From contig CAJINV010000010.1 in the NCBI GenBank assembly GCA_905178155.1, forward strand, positions 2,996,587 to 3,060,586: DNA of 64,000 bases. The letters are read 5' to 3'. Position numbers and translations under genes: made by a program. The stretch comes from Amoebophrya sp. A120. Lineage: Eukaryota > Protista > Dinoflagellata. Under the pieces are notes generated by a model. The model searched no databases. It worked only from the letters and a program-made list of their open reading frames with translations, and had not been told where the DNA came from. Below, one piece after another: positions 56,816 to 64,000 of the stretch (positions within the stretch are counted from its first letter, which is position 1; each line of letters starts with the position of its first letter).

Positions 56816-59800
56816 TCATCGTACAGAAGTACTAGCATTCTCTACTGCAATTTCCGCCATATTCCCATACCCCAAATCTTGCAACACCCCACAAGGGTCA
56901 TCTTCCCGCACTTCATCTCTCAGCTGTGGAAACCTTTCGGCGTATTTCACCAATTTCATCTGCCCAGTTCTCCCAAATCGGTCGCTCACCCAGTACCCAC
57001 CGTATGTTCTTCTCACCTCCTCCGGCAAGCAAGTGTCTTGCTGCAACACGTCAAATTTTTTATCGGCAAGTTTCATCGCCACCCCGCCCGGCTCCGCGAC
57101 GGAGAGGACTGTTTTTAAGCACTTATACCGGTAATAGAGGATCTTCGCTTGTGTCCCAAACGTCTGTAGACACTCCTTCTCGCTCCAAAACTTCCCGCAC
57201 TTCGTGTGTTGAAAATACAGCCAGTCGCGCCGGGCATCTCTCGGGATGTCCCCCTCGGTAGAGGTGCAATACCTGGATTGCCGTTTACTGTCGCTCCACC
57301 AGTTCCGACATTGGCAGGTGGAGGCGCCGCGGTGGGGTTGATGGAACGTTTTGCCTTGGGTACTAGCACTAGAGCCACGACTGCCAGCCTGCTCAGAAAT
57401 CGCCTTGAAGATATTAACTTCAAACGGGTCCGTACTCGTGCAATCTTGGTCCCTCTCGCACCCCCTGCCCGCTCTTTTCGACTTCGGCGAAACAGCGCAG
57501 ACGAAATTCTGGTTCATATACCCACTTTGACACAAATCCTTGTCGCTGCTCGTGTGGCCTAACGGTAAGGAAAACAGCCTTCGGCACTTCCCGATAGACA
57601 AGTGCTCTGCCTTGTTGCACAGTGTCAGCTCTTCGCACTCGAAATCAAATTGGCACTTTGAATTCACACTTAATTGCTTCCTGCAATACCGGAGATAAAA
57701 GCCATCCAGTCCCGTCATGTCCGGCGGGCAGTAGTAGCCGACGTGTGGGCAGTCCAAGTGGTGTTTGCAGCGGTGTAATTCGTTATACGGTTGCAGGGGA
57801 GCACAAACCCCGACCGGGCCTTTTTCTATGGGATAGACGACCGGAAATTTTTTCTGCGATTCGCTGTCGTCCTCAAACAGGAGAGGAAGTTGTCCGCCGG
57901 GCTGCGTGAAGGGCGAGATCAGAACGCACCGCCGTAAGCCGTAGAGGCAGTCTTGGTCTTGTAAGCAAGCTTGTCCGGTCTTTCTCCGGTAGCGACAGAC
58001 GCCCGGAGCGAGAAGTTCTTCGGCGGTCGCTGCCTTGATGTTCGCAGGAGCTGCAGCGCCAGTTGTGCTTGTGACATTCTTGCTGCTCCCACCACTTTTT
58101 ATCTCTGTCCACCACGGCTCTCTGCACGTGTTCCCCTTGTAATCCGCAATGGGCTCGAGTGGGCAATCTTTCCTGCAGTTAAAAAAACATTTGTTCAAAT
58201 TCGGGCAAAAATGTCCCTGCCTGGCTTTTTCGCAGTTTTCCGGATTCGCAGGCAGGCACTGCTGCGTGTTCCGGTCATTCACCGCTTTCCAGCCGCAATC
58301 CCGGTGGCAGTCGTGGACGCAATTCTGCTTCAGACTGCAGTAAAACGCGTTGGAGACTGCGCAGTCGAAAGGCTGCAGGTCCTGGTGTTGGTACTGCAGA
58401 CGCTGGAGGAGGCGGTGGTGGTTTATAATTTTGGACTGCGAGGACGTGCTGTCGTCGGACTCGGATGTGGCTGCAGGAGCAGCCGCAGAGGAGTTCATCG
58501 TTGCGGCTTTTTTCTTTTGCACGGTGCCGGCAAGAAGCCTTTCCTCCGCAGCCTGCAACACTCGCTCCACCTGTAATTGGCGGGCTTTTCGTCGTCCCTG
58601 GCTCTCTGCGTCGGATACTTTGCCACGAGATAAACTAGAAGCCGTGTTTGATGGTGTCAGGATACTAGGAGCCTCGTATGCGTTCACCGTCCTAGTTTCG
58701 AAGTCGACTTCCAGCTCGCGCAAGAAAGCCACGCCAGCAGCGTCCACCTCTTCAAATGATCCGTCCTCATTCGAAGCAGCTGCTGCTTGTCCTTGTCCAC
58801 CAAAAACCCCAATCGACGCATCGTACAAATACTCCAGCCTCGCTCTCTCCGCCGCCAGTCCGATCTCCAACTCCTCAAACGTGAGGACACCATTGTAATT
58901 TCGATCTAATTTCAGAAACAACGTCTCCACTGAATCGAAGAACTCGATCATCGGAATACCCCGGATGGAGGTCGAAAAGGCCGACGAAGATCCAGGTGTA
59001 TTATTCGGTGTCCCAGCAGTAGCTTGTGATGCGGAAGAAGCAGCAGAAACTACACCGGAATTCGGAATCATCGGCTTCGGCATGATAAACTCCTCAAACT
59101 CGCGGTAATTCATCTCCAAATCGCGGTCAGAAAATTTGTCATGCTGCGTTCCATGAGAAGCTGAAACTGAAGCCAGCTTGTGCATGTTGTTGTTTTGCGG
59201 CGCGATCGGGGCGGTTGGTTCGTTTCCATATGCTGTGCAAAAGTATCGTACTCGTAGTAATCGCACTTATGCATTACAAGTTTTTTTCTTAAGTCAAATC
59301 AGGATGACAAGGTCCAGCTTTCATGCTAAGCAAATTTGTAATGCAATTTATACTAGGACGAATCCGATACTTTTGCATTGCATATTCCAAAGTCGAACCC
59401 TATCTCCGGGTGCTTTTCCGGATTGTACTTCGGATTCTCCCGACAGGCGTATTTTGGGATAGCACTTCTGGCGGTGCTCGAGGTCGATGCCGCTCCAGCC
59501 AGATTCTGTGAGTTGATAGTTCTCGCCGCACTTGCTGGTGCTGCTCCACCTGCACTATCCGTAGTTCCAGCACTGCCACTCGCTCCGACTTGGAACCCGA
59601 TTTGCGTCCATTCACACCGCGGCAACGGGCATTCCGTCGGGTGCAAGTACGCACTGCAGCTTCTGTAGCACTCCGCGCGGTTTTCGCAGAAATGCAGAGA
59701 ATCGCACTTTTCCCCATACTTCGCCACCACCACCGGCCACACTTTTTCACAGTAGCACTTTATCAGAGCATTCTCGAATCTTTGCCTCGCTTGGTTCGGG

Positions 59801-60198
59801 TCAGTGACCCCGCTTGTTTCATAAGTCTCCGTGAAGCTGCAATCCGTGCACTGCTGCTCCGCATTGGTCCCGTCGTTCGCCGGGGGACAGGGCTGCTCTT
59901 TCCGGAACAACCCCGGAATGTGCTCGCGGCAGAGAATTTTGTTGTAGCCGTAAGTATTTTCTTCAATGGACGGTTTAAGTTCGTACAAGCACTGCGACCG
60001 TTCGCATTGGTTGGGGGAGCGGCGGAGAGAAGCGGTGGTGAAATGGGTGTTTTCGAAAACGGTCGCGGGGTCGTCGTCGGTCGTGGCAAGGGCGGACCAC
60101 GAGTTTATTTGTCCGTGCTGAAACAAGAAGCAGAGCAAGACCAAGACGACCAAGGAGAAAGAGCGGGCTCTTGTACGAGGAAACACAAACAACATCAT
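56816..60198 (-). CDS. secreted cysteine-rich protein with EF-hand, 2 exons
   Basis: Signal peptide, EF-hand loop DRNYNGVLTFEE and repeated C..D.DC modules. In-frame join across introner 59229-59384. Confidence 0.75.
59229..59384. mobile_element. introner family A (F)
   Basis: TSD TTCCA. Confidence 0.9.
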
Positions 60199-61164
60199 CT
60201 TGTGTAAAACCTAGGTGATTCAACACCAGCTTCGACTTTGAGGCGGTTGACGTTGACCTCACCAGAAAACCCTGGGTAATTCAAAACAATGTCAATGCCA
60301 GGCCGGTGTGTAAGTACTTAAGTAGGTATCGGGCCAATTATTTTTAGTGGCGGGGTTCAAGAAATAGAATTAGAAGCGGTCGTATCTGTGGCCGGCATGA
60401 AGATCGATCCTGGAAGCGTCGAGTAAGAAAAAGCTGCTGTGTTATTTGTAATTCGTTTAGCTGCTTTTGATCATTTATTTGGTAACCATAGGGGGAAATA
60501 AGATCACTTTGACTGACCTCCATTGGATGACCATGTTAGCTGAAGTTGTGAAACCCCGTAGACTCTATCTCTTTCGCTCTTATGTCTTTCTCTCTGCGTC
60601 TCTACTCTGGTCGCTCTCTACTAACTACTGCTCTTTCATGTGTGATACAACTACACCGGCTCTGGCAATCACTTTCGCTCATCAAGGCGCGACCGCGCAG
60701 GAACACCACGGTGACCAAAAAAGATAAAGAATGGAATCACATCTGTCTCTGTGGCGTTGATATTATTGAAAAAATAGTTCGAAGGACATTCGTGCACTTT
60801 TGCCACACTGAAGACGTCCATTCGCCGCGTGGGCGTCTCATTGCTTCCTCGTCACACGCAGCTATTACATTTCGCTAGCGTCCTCGTCAACTAATTCATC
60901 TAACGCTAAAGGTGTAATCGTAATGGTAATCATGGTAGACAACAAACCGTAAATTTAGCCTTAATCAGTCCAACATCTGCATCTTCATCTTGATCCATAC
61001 ATACATTCCAGACCTCTTTTTACTTTGTCTTTTGGGTTACAGTAGTCGCCTCATCATCATTTCTTTTTCTACTAAGATTTGGCTTTTCTTCGTGTGAAAC
61101 TACTCACAAGAACTTCAACTTCTTCTATCCCATTACACTTACAGTGCAAAAATTCATAAATACG

Positions 61165-64000
61165 TCACAGACTCCACCCCCTCTCCCTTAGCATCTCCCT
61201 GCATTTCTCGTTATTTCTGATCAGCGGCGCCATGGATTGGTATCTATCCTGTGCAAAAGTATCGTACTCGTACTAATCGCAGTCATGCAAGACAGATTTC
61301 TTTTATTTTCAAGCTAAATCAGCATGACAAATTCCATTTCTCTTCCTGAGCTAATTTGTATTGCAATCCTACGAGTACGATACTTTTGCAGTTCATAGTA
61401 TCCCTCGCGTTCCAATTTCAGAATGGAGTACTTCAACAGTTCCCAATCAAACTCTGTGAACAAGTCCCACTTCTCCTTCAACGGTAACCCCAGGCACGTT
61501 TTCTCGCTATCGACCCCGTGTAGCAGGGTATGGAGCATGTATTCCGGGTCTTCCGGGCAGTTCGACGTCGTGTGGTGGTACTTGCACTGCTTTGTAGTCG
61601 ACGTTTTTGTATCTTCCCTATCCGCGCCGCCGCCGGCCATCTTTTTCAGTGGTATTAACCCGTAGCTCGTTCGCAACAAGCGGTTGTGCAACCCGCCGAA
61701 ATGTTCCTCTTCCATTTCTGGATCCGGTGTAGAGATGAAACAGACACGGTTGGTCCTGTTGATTTTTACCTGCGGGTCTACTTGATGATGCACCGTGGCA
61801 GAGGGCGCATGATCCGGATTTCTTGTTTCATAGGTAGAGTTGGAACTTGTATCCAAATCGCTGGACGGATATGTTGATGGAGACGGAGGTCCTGATGTTG
61901 AAAACGCTTGTGGGCGGGAGTTCAGCGTGCTGCCTGTTGTTTTGCGCGGCCCGTACCTGTCGAAGATGGTGCTTTTCATGCCCGATGGAGTCAACACGTC
62001 GCGAGGACTCCTTTCATCCTTGTTCATGTTCTGCTGTTCCTCTTCGTCTACTTCACCGCCTCCCCGGCGCGCCCCTGTAGTGGTCCTCCACTCCTTCCTC
62101 GCATACTCCTCCAGAGTCTCCGCTACGTCTGCGGTCCGCCGAAAATGCTTCGGGTTTTTGAATATCAACGTGTAAAAATGTCTGGGTCTGGAAGATTGCA
62201 ACTTGTCATGCTAAATCTATAGCATGCAAAAATCTGCGTTGCATGATTGCCAAAAGCCGTCCAGTTTTGGCCAACTCTGGAAGTAGTTTCTCATGCAGGA
62301 TAAGCATTAGAAAGGTCTCGCAGAATCTGTCATGCTAGGTCCTGCATTCCAGACCTTATGGGTCATGGAAAAGCAGCATGACAAGTCGCGCATTCTTCCA
62401 GACCCAGACATTTTTGCAGTTGATATTGAACATTTTGATCAAGTTTTTCGGCCCCGTTTGCAGGTCCTCTTCCTCGAAGCAAACTTGCGTGTTGGGAACG
62501 TACGCGTAGTCTTGTAAAAGGTTGTAGTTTGATGTGCTGTTCTTGATAATGGAGGAGGTACTTTCATTTTCATCTTGTGATGCTGATCCTGGATAAGAAT
62601 TTAATGGCGAGGGCGTGGTGGAGCTCGTGCTGGACGGCGGCGACTGATGATCCTCATCCTTCTTCTTCCCACTGTCCACTTCCGCTTGAAAATCATCCGC
62701 ACCAGCTGTTTTATCATCACCAGGATTTGTTGCGCCTTTATCTGATGAAGCAGTAGAAGATGCGACGTGTTTGATCAACACATGCACGTGCAAAAAGTAA
62801 TCCTTGGTCCACAAAAATCCGTAATCCCCCGTCCAGGGATGGGCATGCTGCTCCCAGTAGTGCCGGGGGTCCCAGGGGAAGAGTTCAAAACTCGTGTTGT
62901 GTCCCGTGGTGGTGTCGTTCGGGTTCTTCTCCTATCCTGTGCAAAAGTATCGTACTTGTAGTAATCGCAATCATGCATTACAAATCTCTTTCCCAAGGCA
63001 AATCGGCATGACAAATTCCATTTGTAATGCTGAGCGAATTTGTATTGCAATTGCTACTAGTACGATACTTTTGCAATTCATATCTCCCACGTTTCCACCA
63101 CGTGTTTGTGCTGAACCGCATAATTCGAGGGTACCCGCTTACACCCGAAGCTATCGTACCCCGCGACCCCCTCCAAAATGCTGTCCCAGCGACGACCTTC
63201 CGGGCGGAAAAACCGCATTTTCAGGTAGTTGTGCTTCTTTTTCTGGGCAGAGGAAGAAGCTGCACCAGACGAACTGGACGACGATGGCATTGCGTCAGCT
63301 TCCGCTCCGTAATTGCCGTTACTGGTGCTAGTACTACCCGTGCTAGCCAAAAACTCGCTTTCTGACTGCGGTTCGCTATCGCTGTCACTGTTTAAACCGT
63401 AGCCACGTAGTTTGAAGCCTCCTTGTTCCTGCTCGTGGTCGTTTCCATGATATGCCTGTTGTTTCATTGCGGATTCGAACCTGTTGAGTTCTTCATCGTG
63501 ATCGTCTACGTCTTGTTCTTCCGGAGGCTCCTCGTCCCCAACATCGGCGGCCTGGGCTCGTTCTTTCGGATTCTTAAACCCGTAGCTTTCCAGTACCTCT
63601 TCCACCCTTTTCACCGTCACTCCGTCAACATCCAACCCGTTCGCCCCGACGTCTAGCATCCGCCCCACCTGCAACAAAGGCTCGGGCGAATACACCATCA
63701 GCGTGAATAAAGACGCGGGTACCGCGCCTTTTTCCGGGTTGCCGACGAGCCAGTGGGAGTTTTTCTTCGTGTAGTACGGGAGGATAATTTCGTCCACAAA
63801 AGTGCACGCGAAGCCGTTGGTGAAAAACAACGATTCGAGTTTTTTCAGCTTCTGCAAGTAATCCTTCTCCGAGTCAAACACGACAAACACGTCGACATCT
63901 TCCCCCGCCGGCACTTTCTCGTCCTCGCGCTGCTCCGCCTGGCCATCATTGTGGACCCGGAATTTCTGTTGGTAAAAATTCCGGTTCAGCGCTTCGCTTC
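61165..64000 (-). CDS. hypothetical protein, 5'-partial (weak LicD/nucleotidyltransferase-like motifs)
   Basis: ORFs join in frame across three introners. EDVDVFVV and PEDPEYMLHTLLHG are only suggestive of function. Confidence 0.6.
61245..61397. mobile_element. introner family A (F)
   Basis: TSD GTATC. Confidence 0.9.
62163..62425. mobile_element. introner family B
   Basis: TSD TTGAA. Confidence 0.9.
62933..63082. mobile_element. introner family A (F)
   Basis: TSD TCTCC. Confidence 0.92.

Overview
This is eukaryotic genomic DNA, most likely from a syndinian (parasitic) dinoflagellate of the Amoebophrya type. That assignment is inferred from the alveolate-like beta-tubulin, the strictly unidirectional genes and the non-canonical introns. 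About 15 protein-coding genes can be reconstructed, all on the minus strand: beta-tubulin, a GH5 glycoside hydrolase, a SAP-domain protein, an LRR protein, a MORN protein, a coiled-coil/WD40-like protein, a methyltransferase-zinc-finger-Kelch fusion, a GT47/exostosin, Rab18, a secreted EF-hand/Cys-rich protein and several hypotheticals. The dominant signal is 36 short (about 140-280 bp) terminal-inverted-repeat elements in at least 5 families, all inside coding sequence. They almost all run TAT...ATA, are flanked by 5-bp direct repeats (26 perfect), lack GT-AG ends and occur in both orientations. Removing the element plus 5 nt restores the reading frame wherever I checked, so they behave as transposon-derived non-canonical introns (introners). 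Families with unrelated TIRs share an internal GCATNACAA motif, which also recurs in the ordinary GT-AG introns. Other features are a TTAA-flanked piggyBac-like element inside a tubulin intron and GC-rich degenerate repeat islands. No transposase, rRNA, tRNA or CRISPR array was seen. Gene models are manual reconstructions without RNA evidence.
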